A stretch of DNA of 64,000 nucleotides, taken from assembly GCA_964016885.1 (NCBI GenBank), contig OZ024743.1:143158001-143222000 (forward strand), written 5' to 3'. A program made the position numbers and the translations under genes. The notes under the pieces were generated by a model. That model was given only the letters and a program-made list of their open reading frames with translations, did not search any database and was not told the DNA's origin. The DNA is from Eledone cirrhosa (taxonomy: Eukaryota). Each line of letters starts with the position of its first letter. The first letter of the stretch is position 1. Shown in pieces: positions 24,601 to 37,300 of this stretch.

Positions 24601-25660
24601 TGCTTGGTGTTTGGTGTTTGGTGCTTGGTGCTTGGTGTTTGGTGCTTGGTGCTTGGTGTTTGGTGCTTGGTGCTTGGTGCTTAGTGTTTGGTGCTAGGTG
24701 CTTGGGGTTTGGTGTTTGGTGCTTGGTGCTTGGTGTTTGGTGCTTGATGCTTGGTGTTTGGTGTTTGGTTCTTGGTGCTTGGTGTTTGGTGTTTGCTGTT
24801 TGCTGTTTGGTGTTTGTTGTTTGGTGTTTGTTGTTTGCTGTTTGGTGTCTGCTTTTTGCTGTATGTTGTTTGCTGTTTGGTGTTTGGTGTTTGGTGTTTG
24901 GTGCTTGGTGCTTGGTGTTTGGTGCTTGGTGCTTGGTGTTTGGTGCCTGGTCTTTGGTGTTTGGTGTTTGGTGCTTGGAGTTTGGTGTTTGGTGCTTGGT
25001 GCTTGGTGTTTTGTGTTTGGTGTTTGGTTTTTGGTGCTTGGTGCTTGGTGCTTGGTCCTTGGTGTTTGGTGCTGGGTGCTTTGTGTTTGGTGCTTGATGC
25101 TTGGTGCTTGGTGTTTGGTGTTTGCTGCTTGGTGTTTGATGCTTGGTGCTTGGTGCTTGGTGTTTTGTGTTTGGTGCTTGGTGCTTGGTGTTTGGTGCTT
25201 GGTGCTTGGTGCTTGGTGTTTGTACTTGGTGCTTGGTGCTTGGTGCTTGGTTCTTGGTGTTTGGTACTTGGTGCTTGGTGCTTGGTGTTTGGTGTTTGGT
25301 GCTTGGTGTTTGGTGCTTGGTGCTTGGTGCTTGGTGTTAGGTGTTTGGTGCTTGGTGCTTGGTGTTTGGTGCTTCATGCTTGGTGCTTGGTGTTTGGTGC
25401 TTGGTTTTGGGAGCTTAGTTTCTGGTGCTTGGTGTTTGGTGCTTGGTGCTTGGTGTTTGGTGTTGGGTGCTTGGTGTTTGGTGCTTGGTGCTTGGTGTTA
25501 GGTGTTTGGTGCTTGGTGTTTGATCCTTGGTGCTTGGTGTTTGGTGTTTGGTGCTTGGTGCTTGGTGTTTGGTGTTTGGTGCTTGCTGCTTGCTGCTTGG
25601 TGTTTGGTGTTTTGGTGTTTTGTGCTAGGTGCTTGGTGTTTGGTACTTGGTGATTGGTGC
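18060..25660. repeat. Higher-order tandem repeat, ~2.1 copies, period 3614 bp
   Basis: ORF pairs 18426/22040, 19337/22951, 19851/23465 and 21084/24698 are all offset 3614. Marker GAGCTTAG at 18183, 21797 and 25411. Confidence 0.95.
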
Positions 25661-28600
25661 TTGGTGCTTCGTGTTTTGTGTTTGGTGTTTGGTCTTTGGT
25701 GCTTGGTGTTTGGTGCCTAGTGCTTGGTGCTTGGTGTTTGGTGTTTGGTGCTTGGTGCTTGGTGTTTGGTGTTTGTTGTTTGGTGCTTGGTGTCTGGTGC
25801 TTGGTGTTTGGTGTTTGGTGTTTGGTGCTTGGTGTTTGGTGTTTGGTGTTTGGTGCTTGGAGTTTGGTGTTTGGTGCTTGGTGCTTGGTGTTTTGTGTTT
25901 GGTTTTTGGTGCTTGGTGCTTGGTGCTTGGTCCTTGGTGTTTGGTGCTGGGTGCTTTGTGTTTGGTGCTTGGTGCTTGGTGCTTGGTGTTTGGTGTTTGC
26001 TGCTTGGTGTTTGATGCTTGGTGCTTGGTGCTTGGTGTTTTGTGTTTGGTGCTTGGTGCTTGGTGTTTGGTGCTTGGTGCTTGGTGCTTGGTGTTTGTAC
26101 TTGGTGCTTGGTGCTTGGTGTTTGGTTCTTGGTGTTTGGTACTTTGTGCTTGGTGCTTGGTGTTTGGTGTTTGGTGCTTGGTGTTTGGTGCTTGGTGCTT
26201 CGTGCTTGGTGCTTGGTGTTAGGTGTTTGGTGCTTGGTGCTTGGTGTTTGGTGCTTCATGCTTGGTGCTTGGTGTTTGGTGCTTGGTTTTTGGAGCTTAG
26301 TTTCTGGTGCTTGGTGTTTGGTGCTTGGTGCTTGGTGTTTGGTGTTGGGTGCTTGGTGTTTGGTGCTTGGTGCTTGGTGTTAGGTGTTTGGTGCTTGGTG
26401 TTTGATCCTTGGTGCTTGGTGTTTGGTGTTTGGTGCTTGGTGCTTGGTGTTTGGTGTTTGGTGCTTGCTGCTTGCTGCTTGGTGTTTGGTGTTTTGGTGT
26501 TTTGTGCTAGGTGCTTGGTGTTTGGTACTTGGTGATTGGTGCTTGGTGCTTGGTGTTTGGTGTTTGGTGCTTGGTGCTTGGTGTTTGGTGTTTGTTGTTT
26601 GGTGCTTGGTGTCTGGTGCTTGGAGTTTGGTGTTCGGTGTTTGGTGCTTTTTGCTTGGTGCTTGGTGCTTGGTGTTTGGTGCTTGGTGCTTGGTGTTTGG
26701 TGTTTGGTGCTTGGTGCTTGGTGTTTGGTGTTTGGTGCTATATGCTTGGTGTTTGATGCTTGGTGCTTGGTGCTTGTTGTTAGGTGTTTGGTGCTTGGTG
26801 TTTGATGCTTGGTGCTTGGTGTTTGGTGCTTGGTGCTTGGTGTTTGGTGCTTGGTGCTTGGTGTTTGGTGCTTGGTGTTTGGTGCTTGGTGCTTGGTGCT
26901 TGGTGCTTGGTGTTTGGTGGTTGGTGCTTGGTGCTTGGTGTTAGGTGTTTGGTGCTTGGTGCTTGGTGTTTGGTGTTTGGTGCTTGGTGTTTGGTGCTTG
27001 GTACTTGGTGCTTGGTGCTTGGTGTTAGGTGTTTGGTGCTTGGTGCTTGGTGTCTGGTTTTTGGTGCTTGGTGCTTGGTGTTTGGTGTTTGGTGCTTGCT
27101 GCTGGCTGCTTGGTGTTTGGTGCTTGGTGCTTGGTGTTTGGTTCTTGGTGCTTGGTGTTTGTACTTGGTGCTTGGTGTTTGGTGTTTGGTGCTTGGTGTC
27201 TGGTGCTTGGTGTTTGGTGTTTGGTGCTTGGTGCTTGGTGTTTGGTGTTTGGTGCTTGGTGTTTGGTGTTTGGTGCTTGTTGCTTGGTGCTTGATGTTTG
27301 GTGCTTGGTGCTTGGTGTTTGGTGCTGGGTGCTTGGTGCTTGGTATTTGGTGTTTGGTGTTTGGTGCTTGGTGTTTGGTGTTTGGTGTTATATGCTTGGT
27401 GTTTGAGGCTTGGTGCTTGGTGCTTGGTGTTTGGTGTTGGGTGCTTGGTGTTTGATGCTTGGTGCTTGGTGCTTGGTGTTTGTACTTGGTGCTTGGTGCT
27501 TGGTTCTTGGTGTTTGGTGCTTGGTGTTTGGTGCTTGGTGCTTGGTGTTTGGTGTTTGGTGCTTGGTGCTTGGTGCTTGGTGTTTAGTGTTTGGTGCTTG
27601 GTGTTAGGTGTTTGGGGCTTGGTGTTTGGTGCTTGGTGCTTGGTGTTTGGTGCTTGGTGTTTGGTGCTTGGTACTTGGTGCTTGGTGCTTGGTGTTAGGT
27701 GTTTGGTGCTTGGTGCTTGGTGTTTGGTTTTTGGTGCTTGGTGCTTGGTGTTTGGTGTTTGGTGCTTGCTGCTGGCTGCTTGGTGTTTGGTGCTTGGTGA
27801 TTGGTGCTTGGTGTTTGGTGCTTGGTGTTTGGTGTTTGGTGCTAGGTGCTTGGTGTTTGGTGCTTGGTGCTTGGTGTTTGTACTTGGTGCTTGGTCCTTG
27901 GTTCTTGGTGTTTGGTGCTTGGTGCTTGGTGTTTGGTGCTTGGTGCTTGGTGTTTGGTGCTTGGTGTTTGGTGCTTGGTGTTTGGTGCTTGGTGCTTGGT
28001 GCTTGGTGCTTGGTGTTAGGTGTTTGGTGCTTGGTGCTTGGTGCTTGGTGTTTGGTGCTTGGTGTTTGGTGCTTGGTGTTTGGTGTTTGGTGCTTGGTGT
28101 TTGGTGCTTGGTACTTGGTGCTTGGTGCTTGGTGTTAGGTGTTTGGTGCTTGGGGCTTGGTGTTTGGTTTTTGGTGCTTGGTGCTTGGTGTTTGGTGTTT
28201 GGTGCTTGCTGCTGGCTGCTTGGTGTTTGGTGCTTGGTGATTGGTGCTTGGTGTTTGGTGCTTGGTGTTTGGTGTTTGGTGCTAGGTGCTTGGTGTTTGG
28301 TGCTTGGTGCTTGGTGTTTGGTGTTTGGTGCTTGGTGCTTGGTGTTTGGTGCTTGGTGCTGGGTGGTTGGTGTTTGTTGCTTGTGGTTTGGTGCTGGGTG
28401 CTTGGTGTTTGGTGCTTGGTGCTTGGTCTTTGGTGCTTGGTGTTTGGTGTTTGGTGCTTGGTGCTTGGTGTTTGGTGCTTGGTGCTTGGTGTTTGGTGCT
28501 TGGTGCTTGGTGCTTAGTGTTTGGTGCTAGGTGCTTGGGGTTTGGTGTTTGGTGCTTGGTGCTTGGTGTTTGGTGCTTGATGCTTGGTGTTTGGTGTTTG

Positions 28601-31600
28601 GTTCTTGGTGCTTGGTGTTTGGTGTTTGCTGTTTGCTGTTTGGTGTTTGTTGTTTGGTGTTTGTTGTTTGCTGTTTGGTGTCTGCTTTTTGCTGTATGTT
28701 GTTTGCTGTTTGGTGTTTGGTGTTTGGTGTTTGGTGCTTGGTGCTTGGTGTTTGGTGCTTGGTGCTTGGTGTTTGGTGCCTGGTCTTTGGTGTTTGGTGT
28801 TTGGTGCTTGGAGTTTGGTGTTTGGTGCTTGGTGCTTGGTGTTTTGTGTTTGGTGTTTGGTTTTTGGTGCTTGGTGCTTGGTGCTTGGTCCTTGGTGTTT
28901 GGTGCTGGGTGCTTTGTGTTTGGTGCTTGATGCTTGGTGCTTGGTGTTTGGTGTTTGCTGCTTGGTGTTTGATGCTTGGTGCTTGGTGCTTGGTGTTTTG
29001 TGTTTGGTGCTTGGTGCTTGGTGTTTGGTGCTTGGTGCTTGGTGCTTGGTGTTTGTACTTGGTGCTTGGTGCTTGGTGCTTGGTTCTTGGTGTTTGGTAC
29101 TTGGTGCTTGGTGCTTGGTGTTTGGTGTTTGGTGCTTGGTGTTTGGTGCTTGGTGCTTGGTGCTTGGTGTTAGGTGTTTGGTGCTTGGTGCTTGGTGTTT
29201 GGTGCTTCATGCTTGGTGCTTGGTGTTTGGTGCTTGGTTTTGGGAGCTTAGTTTCTGGTGCTTGGTGTTTGGTGCTTGGTGCTTGGTGTTTGGTGTTGGG
29301 TGCTTGGTGTTTGGTGCTTGGTGCTTGGTGTTAGGTGTTTGGTGCTTGGTGTTTGATCCTTGGTGCTTGGTGTTTGGTGTTTGGTGCTTGGTGCTTGGTG
29401 TTTGGTGTTTGGTGCTTGCTGCTTGCTGCTTGGTGTTTGGTGTTTTGGTGTTTTGTGCTAGGTGCTTGGTGTTTGGTACTTGGTGATTGGTGCTTGGTGC
29501 TTCGTGTTTTGTGTTTGGTGTTTGGTCTTTGGTGCTTGGTGTTTGGTGCTTAGTGCTTGGTGCTTGGTGTTTGGTGTTTGGTGCTTGGTGCTTGGTGTTT
29601 GGTGTTTGTTGTTTGGTGCTTGGTGTCTGGTGCTTGGTGTTTGGTGTTTGGTGTTTGGTGCTTGGTGTTTGGTGTTTGGTGTTTGGTGCTTGGAGTTTGG
29701 TGTTTGGTGCTTGGTGCTTGGTGTTTTGTGTTTGGTTTTTGGTGCTTGGTGCTTGGTGCTTGGTCCTTGGTGTTTGGTGCTGGGTGCTTTGTGTTTGGTG
29801 CTTGGTGCTTGGTGCTTGGTGTTTGGTGTTTGCTGCTTGGTGTTTGATGCTTGGTGCTTGGTGCTTGGTGTTTTGTGTTTGGTGCTTGGTGCTTGGTGTT
29901 TGGTGCTTGGTGCTTGGTGCTTGGTGTTTGTACTTGGTGCTTGGTGCTTGGTGTTTGGTTCTTGGTGTTTGGTACTTTGTGCTTGGTGCTTGGTGTTTGG
30001 TGTTTGGTGCTTGGTGTTTGGTGCTTGGTGCTTCGTGCTTGGTGCTTGGTGTTAGGTGTTTGGTGCTTGGTGCTTGGTGTTTGGTGCTTCATGCTTGGTG
30101 CTTGGTGTTTGGTGCTTGGTTTTTGGAGCTTAGTTTCTGGTGCTTGGTGTTTGGTGCTTGGTGCTTGGTGTTTGGTGTTGGGTGCTTGGTGTTTGGTGCT
30201 TGGTGCTTGGTGTTAGGTGTTTGGTGCTTGGTGTTTGATCCTTGGTGCTTGGTGTTTGGTGTTTGGTGCTTGGTGCTTGGTGTTTGGTGTTTGGTGCTTG
30301 CTGCTTGCTGCTTGGTGTTTGGTGTTTTGGTGTTTTGTGCTAGGTGCTTGGTGTTTGGTACTTGGTGATTGGTGCTTGGTGCTTGGTGTTTGGTGTTTGG
30401 TGCTTGGTGCTTGGTGTTTGGTGTTTGTTGTTTGGTGCTTGGTGTCTGGTGCTTGGAGTTTGGTGTTCGGTGTTTGGTGCTTTTTGCTTGGTGCTTGGTG
30501 CTTGGTGTTTGGTGCTTGGTGCTTGGTGTTTGGTGTTTGGTGCTTGGTGCTTGGTGTTTGGTGTTTGGTGCTATATGCTTGGTGTTTGATGCTTGGTGCT
30601 TGGTGCTTGTTGTTAGGTGTTTGGTGCTTGGTGTTTGATGCTTGGTGCTTGGTGTTTGGTGCTTGGTGCTTGGTGTTTGGTGCTTGGTGCTTGGTGTTTG
30701 GTGCTTGGTGTTTGGTGCTTGGTGCTTGGTGCTTGGTGCTTGGTGTTTGGTGGTTGGTGCTTGGTGCTTGGTGTTAGGTGTTTGGTGCTTGGTGCTTGGT
30801 GTTTGGTGTTTGGTGCTTGGTGTTTGGTGCTTGGTACTTGGTGCTTGGTGCTTGGTGTTAGGTGTTTGGTGCTTGGTGCTTGGTGTCTGGTTTTTGGTGC
30901 TTGGTGCTTGGTGTTTGGTGTTTGGTGCTTGCTGCTGGCTGCTTGGTGTTTGGTGCTTGGTGCTTGGTGTTTGGTTCTTGGTGCTTGGTGTTTGTACTTG
31001 GTGCTTGGTGTTTGGTGTTTGGTGCTTGGTGTCTGGTGCTTGGTGTTTGGTGTTTGGTGCTTGGTGCTTGGTGTTTGGTGTTTGGTGCTTGGTGTTTGGT
31101 GTTTTGTGCTTGTTGCTTGGTGCTTGATGTTTGGTGCTTGGTGCTTGGTGTTTGGTGCTGGGTGCTTGGTGCTTGGTATTTGGTGTTTGGTGTTTGGTGC
31201 TTGGTGTTTGGTGTTTGGTGTTATATGCTTGGTGTTTGAGGCTTGGTGCTTGGTGCTTGGTGTTTGGTGTTGGGTGCTTGGTGTTTGATGCTTGGTGCTT
31301 GGTGCTTGGTGTTTGTACTTGGTGCTTGGTGCTTGGTTCTTGGTGTTTGGTGCTTGGTGTTTGGTGCTTGGTGCTTGGTGTTTGGTGTTTGGTGCTTGGT
31401 GCTTGGTGCTTGGTGCTTGGTGTTTGGTGTTTGGTGCTTGGTGTTAGGTGTTTGGGGCTTGGTGTTTGGTGCTTGGTGCTTGGTGTTTGGTGCTTGGTGT
31501 TTGGTGCTTGGTACTTGGTGCTTGGTGCTTGGTGTTAGGTGTTTGGTGCTTGGTGCTTGGTGTTTGGTTTTTGGTGCTTGGTGCTTGGTGTTTGGTGTTT

Positions 31601-34370
31601 GGTGCTTGCTGCTGGCTGCTTGGTGTTTGGTGCTTGGTGATTGGTGCTTGGTGTTTGGTGCTTGGTGTTTGGTGTTTGGTGCTAGGTGCTTGGTGTTTGG
31701 TGCTTGGTGCTTGGTGTTTGTACTTGGTGCTTGGTCCTTGGTTCTTGGTGTTTGGTGCTTGGTGCTTGGTGTTTGGTGCTTGGTGCTTGGTGTTTGGTGC
31801 TTGGTGTTTGGTGCTTGGTGTTTGGTGCTTGGTGCTTGGTGCTTGGTGCTTGGTGTTAGGTGTTTGGTGCTTGGTGCTTGGTGCTTGGTGTTTGGTGCTT
31901 GGTGTTTGGTGCTTGGTGTTTGGTGTTTGGTGCTTGGTGTTTGGTGCTTGGTACTTGGTGCTTGGTGCTTGGTGTTAGGTGTTTGGTGCTTGGGGCTTGG
32001 TGTTTGGTTTTTGGTGCTTGGTGCTTGGTGTTTGGTGTTTGGTGCTTGCTGCTGGCTGCTTGGTGTTTGGTGCTTGGTGATTGGTGCTTGGTGTTTGGTG
32101 CTTGGTGTTTGGTGTTTGGTGCTAGGTGCTTGGTGTTTGGTGCTTGGTGCTTGGTGTTTGGTGTTTGGTGCTTGGTGCTTGGTGTTTGGTGCTTGGTGCT
32201 GGGTGGTTGGTGTTTGTTGCTTGTGGTTTGGTGCTGGGTGCTTGGTGTTTGGTGCTTGGTGCTTGGTCTTTGGTGCTTGGTGTTTGGTGTTTGGTGCTTG
32301 GTGCTTGGTGTTTGGTGCTTGGTGCTTGGTGTTTGGTGCTTGGTGCTTGGTGCTTAGTGTTTGGTGCTAGGTGCTTGGGGTTTGGTGTTTGGTGCTTGGT
32401 GCTTGGTGTTTGGTGCTTGATGCTTGGTGTTTGGTGTTTGGTTCTTGGTGCTTGGTGTTTGGTGTTTGCTGTTTGCTGTTTGGTGTTTGTTGTTTGGTGT
32501 TTGTTGTTTGCTGTTTGGTGTCTGCTTTTTGCTGTATGTTGTTTGCTGTTTGGTGTTTGGTGTTTGGTGTTTGGTGCTTGGTGCTTGGTGTTTGGTGCTT
32601 GGTGCTTGGTGTTTGGTGCCTGGTCTTTGGTGTTTGGTGTTTGGTGCTTGGAGTTTGGTGTTTGGTGCTTGGTGCTTGGTGTTTTGTGTTTGGTGTTTGG
32701 TTTTTGGTGCTTGGTGCTTGGTGCTTGGTCCTTGGTGTTTGGTGCTGGGTGCTTTGTGTTTGGTGCTTGATGCTTGGTGCTTGGTGTTTGGTGTTTGCTG
32801 CTTGGTGTTTGATGCTTGGTGCTTGGTGCTTGGTGTTTTGTGTTTGGTGCTTGGTGCTTGGTGTTTGGTGCTTGGTGCTTGGTGCTTGGTGTTTGTACTT
32901 GGTGCTTGGTGCTTGGTGCTTGGTTCTTGGTGTTTGGTACTTGGTGCTTGGTGCTTGGTGTTTGGTGTTTGGTGCTTGGTGTTTGGTGCTTGGTGCTTGG
33001 TGCTTGGTGTTAGGTGTTTGGTGCTTGGTGCTTGGTGTTTGGTGCTTCATGCTTGGTGCTTGGTGTTTGGTGCTTGGTTTTGGGAGCTTAGTTTCTGGTG
33101 CTTGGTGTTTGGTGCTTGGTGCTTGGTGTTTGGTGTTGGGTGCTTGGTGTTTGGTGCTTGGTGCTTGGTGTTAGGTGTTTGGTGCTTGGTGTTTGATCCT
33201 TGGTGCTTGGTGTTTGGTGTTTGGTGCTTGGTGCTTGGTGTTTGGTGTTTGGTGCTTGCTGCTTGCTGCTTGGTGTTTGGTGTTTTGGTGTTTTGTGCTA
33301 GGTGCTTGGTGTTTGGTACTTGGTGATTGGTGCTTGGTGCTTCGTGTTTTGTGTTTGGTGTTTGGTCTTTGGTGCTTGGTGTTTGGTGCTTAGTGCTTGG
33401 TGCTTGGTGTTTGGTGTTTGGTGCTTGGTGCTTGGTGTTTGGTGTTTGTTGTTTGGTGCTTGGTGTCTGGTGCTTGGTGTTTGGTGTTTGGTGTTTGGTG
33501 CTTGGTGTTTGGTGTTTGGTGTTTGGTGCTTGGAGTTTGGTGTTTGGTGCTTGGTGCTTGGTGTTTTGTGTTTGGTTTTTGGTGCTTGGTGCTTGGTGCT
33601 TGGTCCTTGGTGTTTGGTGCTGGGTGCTTTGTGTTTGGTGCTTGGTGCTTGGTGCTTGGTGTTTGGTGTTTGCTGCTTGGTGTTTGATGCTTGGTGCTTG
33701 GTGCTTGGTGTTTTGTGTTTGGTGCTTGGTGCTTGGTGTTTGGTGCTTGGTGCTTGGTGCTTGGTGTTTGTACTTGGTGCTTGGTGCTTGGTGTTTGGTT
33801 CTTGGTGTTTGGTACTTTGTGCTTGGTGCTTGGTGTTTGGTGTTTGGTGCTTGGTGTTTGGTGCTTGGTGCTTCGTGCTTGGTGCTTGGTGTTAGGTGTT
33901 TGGTGCTTGGTGCTTGGTGTTTGGTGCTTCATGCTTGGTGCTTGGTGTTTGGTGCTTGGTTTTTGGAGCTTAGTTTCTGGTGCTTGGTGTTTGGTGCTTG
34001 GTGCTTGGTGTTTGGTGTTGGGTGCTTGGTGTTTGGTGCTTGGTGCTTGGTGTTAGGTGTTTGGTGCTTGGTGTTTGATCCTTGGTGCTTGGTGTTTGGT
34101 GTTTGGTGCTTGGTGCTTGGTGTTTGGTGTTTGGTGCTTGCTGCTTGCTGCTTGGTGTTTGGTGTTTTGGTGTTTTGTGCTAGGTGCTTGGTGTTTGGTA
34201 CTTGGTGATTGGTGCTTGGTGCTTGGTGTTTGGTGTTTGGTGCTTGGTGCTTGGTGTTTGGTGTTTGTTGTTTGGTGCTTGGTGTCTGGTGCTTGGAGTT
34301 TGGTGTTCGGTGTTTGGTGCTTTTTGCTTGGTGCTTGGTGCTTGGTGTTTGGTGCTTGGTGCTTGGTGTT
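22850..34370. repeat. Higher-order tandem repeat, ~3 near-identical copies, period 3833/3840 bp
   Basis: ORF triplets 24698/28531/32371, 25502/29335/33175 and 26018/29851/33691. Markers at 25411/29244/33084 and 26293/30126/33966. Confidence 0.95.
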
Positions 34371-37300
34371 TGGTGCTGGGTGCTTGGTGATTGGTGTTTG
34401 GTGTTATATGCTTGGTGTTTGATGCTTGGTGCTTGGTGCTTGGTGTTTGGTGTTTGATGCTTGGTGCTTGGTGCTTGGTGTTTGGTGCTTGGTGCTTGGT
34501 GTTTGTACTTGGTGTTTGGTGCTTGGTGCTTGGTGTTTGGTGCTTGGTGCTTGGTGCTTGGTGTTTGGTATTTGGTGCTTGGTGTTTGGTGCTTGGTGTT
34601 TGGTGCTTGGTACTTGGTGCTTGGTGCTTGGTGTTAGGTGTTTGGTGCTTGGTGCTTGGTGCTTGGTGCTTGGTGTTTGGTGCTTGGTGTTTGGTGCTTG
34701 GTGCTTGGTGCTTGGTGCTTGGTGCTTGGTGTTTGGTGCTTGGTGTTTGGTGCTTGGTGTTAGGTGTTTGGTGCTTGGTGCTTGGTGTTTGTACTTGGTG
34801 CTTGGTGCTTGGTGCTTGGTGTTTGGTGCTTGGTGCTTGGTGCTTGGTGTTTGGTATTTGGTGCTTGGTGTTTGGTGTTTGGTGCTTGGTGTTTGGTGCT
34901 TGGTACTTGGTGTTTGGTGCTTGGTGTTTGGTGTTTGGTGCTTGGTGTTTGGTGCTTTTTGCTTGGTGCTTGGTGTTTGATGCTTGGTGCTTGGTGTTTG
35001 GTGCTGGCTGCTTGGTGCTTGGTGTTTGGTGTTTGGTGCTTGGTGCTTGGTGTTTGGTGTTTGGTGCTATATGCTTGGTGTTTGATGCTTGGTGCTTGGT
35101 GCTTCTTGTTAGGTGTTTGGTGCTTGGTGTTTGATGCTTGGTGCTTGGTGTTTGGTGCTTGGTGCTTGGTGTTTGGTGCTTGGTGCTTGGTGTTTGGTGC
35201 TTGGTGTTTGGTGCTTGGTACATGGTGCTTGGTGCTTGGTGTTTGGTGGTTGGTGCTTGGTGCTTGGTGTTAGGTGTTTGGTGCTTGGTGCTTGGTGTTT
35301 GGTGTTTGGTGCTTGGTGTTTGGTGCTTGGTACTTGGTGCTTGGTGCTTGGTGTTAGGTGTTTGGTGCTTGGTGCTTGGTGTCTGGTTTTTGGTGCTTGG
35401 TGCTTGGTGTTTGGTGTTTGGTGCTTGCTGCTGGCTGCTTGGTGTTTGGTGCTTGGTGATTGGTGCTAGGTGTTTGGTGCTAGGTGCTTGGTGTTTGGTT
35501 CTTGGTGATTGGTGTTTGTACTTGGTGCTTGGTGTTTGGTGTTTGGTGCTTGGTGTCTGGTGCTGGGTGTTTGGTGTTTGGTGCTTGGTGCTTGGTGTTT
35601 GGTGTTTGGTGCTTGGTGTTTGGTGTTTGGTGCGTGTTGCTTGGTGCTTGATGTTTGGTGCTTGGTGCTTGGTGTTTGGTGCTGGGTGCTTGGTGCTTGG
35701 TATTTGGTGTTTGGTGTTTGGTGCTTGGTGTTTGGTGTTTGGTGTTATATGCTTGGTGTTTGAGGCTTGGTGCTTGGTGCTTGGTGTTTGGTGTTGGGTG
35801 CTTGGTGTTTGATGCTTGCTGCTTGGTGCTTGGTGTTTGTACTTGGTGCTTGGTGCTTGGTTCTTGGTGTTTGGTGCTTGGTGTTTGGTGCTTGGTGCTT
35901 GGTGTTTGGTGCTTGGTGTTTGGTGCTTGGTGTTAGGTGTTTGGTGCTTGGTGTTTGGTGCTTGGTGCTTGGTGTTTGGTGCTTGGTGTTTGGTGCTTGG
36001 TGCTTGGTGCTTGGTGCTTGGTGTTAGGTGTTTGGTGCTTGGTGCTTGGTGTTTGGTTTTTGGTGCTTGGTGCTTGGTGTTTGGTGTTTGGTGCTTGCTG
36101 CTGGCTGCTTGGTGTTTGGTGCTTGGTGATTGGTGCTTGGTGTTTGGTGCTTGGTGTTTGGTGCTAGGTGCTTGGTGTTTGGTGCTTGGTGCTTGGTGTT
36201 TGTACTTGGTGCTTGGTCCTTGGTTCTTGGTGTTTGGTGCTTGGTGCTTGGTGTTTGGTGCTTGGTGCTTGGTGTTTGGTGCTTGGTGTTTGGTGCTTGG
36301 TGTTTGGTGCTTGGTGCTTGGTGCTTTGTGCTTGGTGCTTGGTGTTAGGTGTTTGGTGCTTGGTGCTTGGTGTTTGGTGCTTGGTGTTTGGTGCTTGGTG
36401 TTTGGTGTTTGGTGCTTGGTGTTTGGTGCTTGGTACTTGGTGCTTGGTGCTTGGTGTTAGGTGTTTGGTGCTTGGTGCTTGCTGTTTGGTTTTTGGTGCT
36501 TGGTGCTTGGTGTTTGGTGTTTGGTGCTTGCTGCTGGCTGCTTGGTGTTTGGTGCTTGGTGATTGGTGCTTGGTGTTTGGTGCTTGGTGTTTGGTGTTTG
36601 GTGCTAGGTGCTTGGTGTTTGGTGCTTGGTGCTTGGTGTTTGGTGTTTGGTGCTTGGTGCTTGGTGTTTGGTGCTTGGTGCTGGGTGGTTGGTGTTTGTT
36701 ACTTGTGGTTTGGTGCTGGGTGCTTGGTGTTTGGTGCTTGGTGCTTGGTCTTTGGTGCTTGGTGTTTGGTGTTTGGTGCTTGGTGCTTGGTGTTTGGTGC
36801 TTGGTGCTTGGTGTTTGGTGCTTGGTGCTTGGTGCTTAGTGTTTGGTGCTAGGTGCTTGGGGTTTGGTGTTTGGTGCTTGGTGCTTGGTGTTTGGCGCTT
36901 GATGTTTGGTGTTTGGTTCTTGGTGCTTGGTGTTTGGTGTTTGCTGTTTGCTGTTTGGTGTTTGTTGTTTGGTGTTTGTTGTTTGCTGTTTGGTGTTTGG
37001 TGTTTGATGTTTGCTGTTTGGTGTCTGCTTTTTGCTGTATGTTGTTTGCTGTTTGGTGTTTGGTGTTTGGTGTTTGGTGCTTGGTGCTTGGTGTTTGGTG
37101 CTTGGTGCTTGGTGTTTGGTGCCTGGTGCTTGGTGCTTGGTCTTTGGTGTTTGGTGTTTGGTGCTTGGAGTTTGGTGTTTGGTGCTTGGTGCTTGGTGTT
37201 TTGTGTTTGGTGTTTGGTTTTTGGTGCTTGGTGCTTGGTGCTTGGTGTTTGGTGTTTGCTGCTTGGTGTTTGATGCTTGGTGCTTGGTGCTTGGTGTTTT

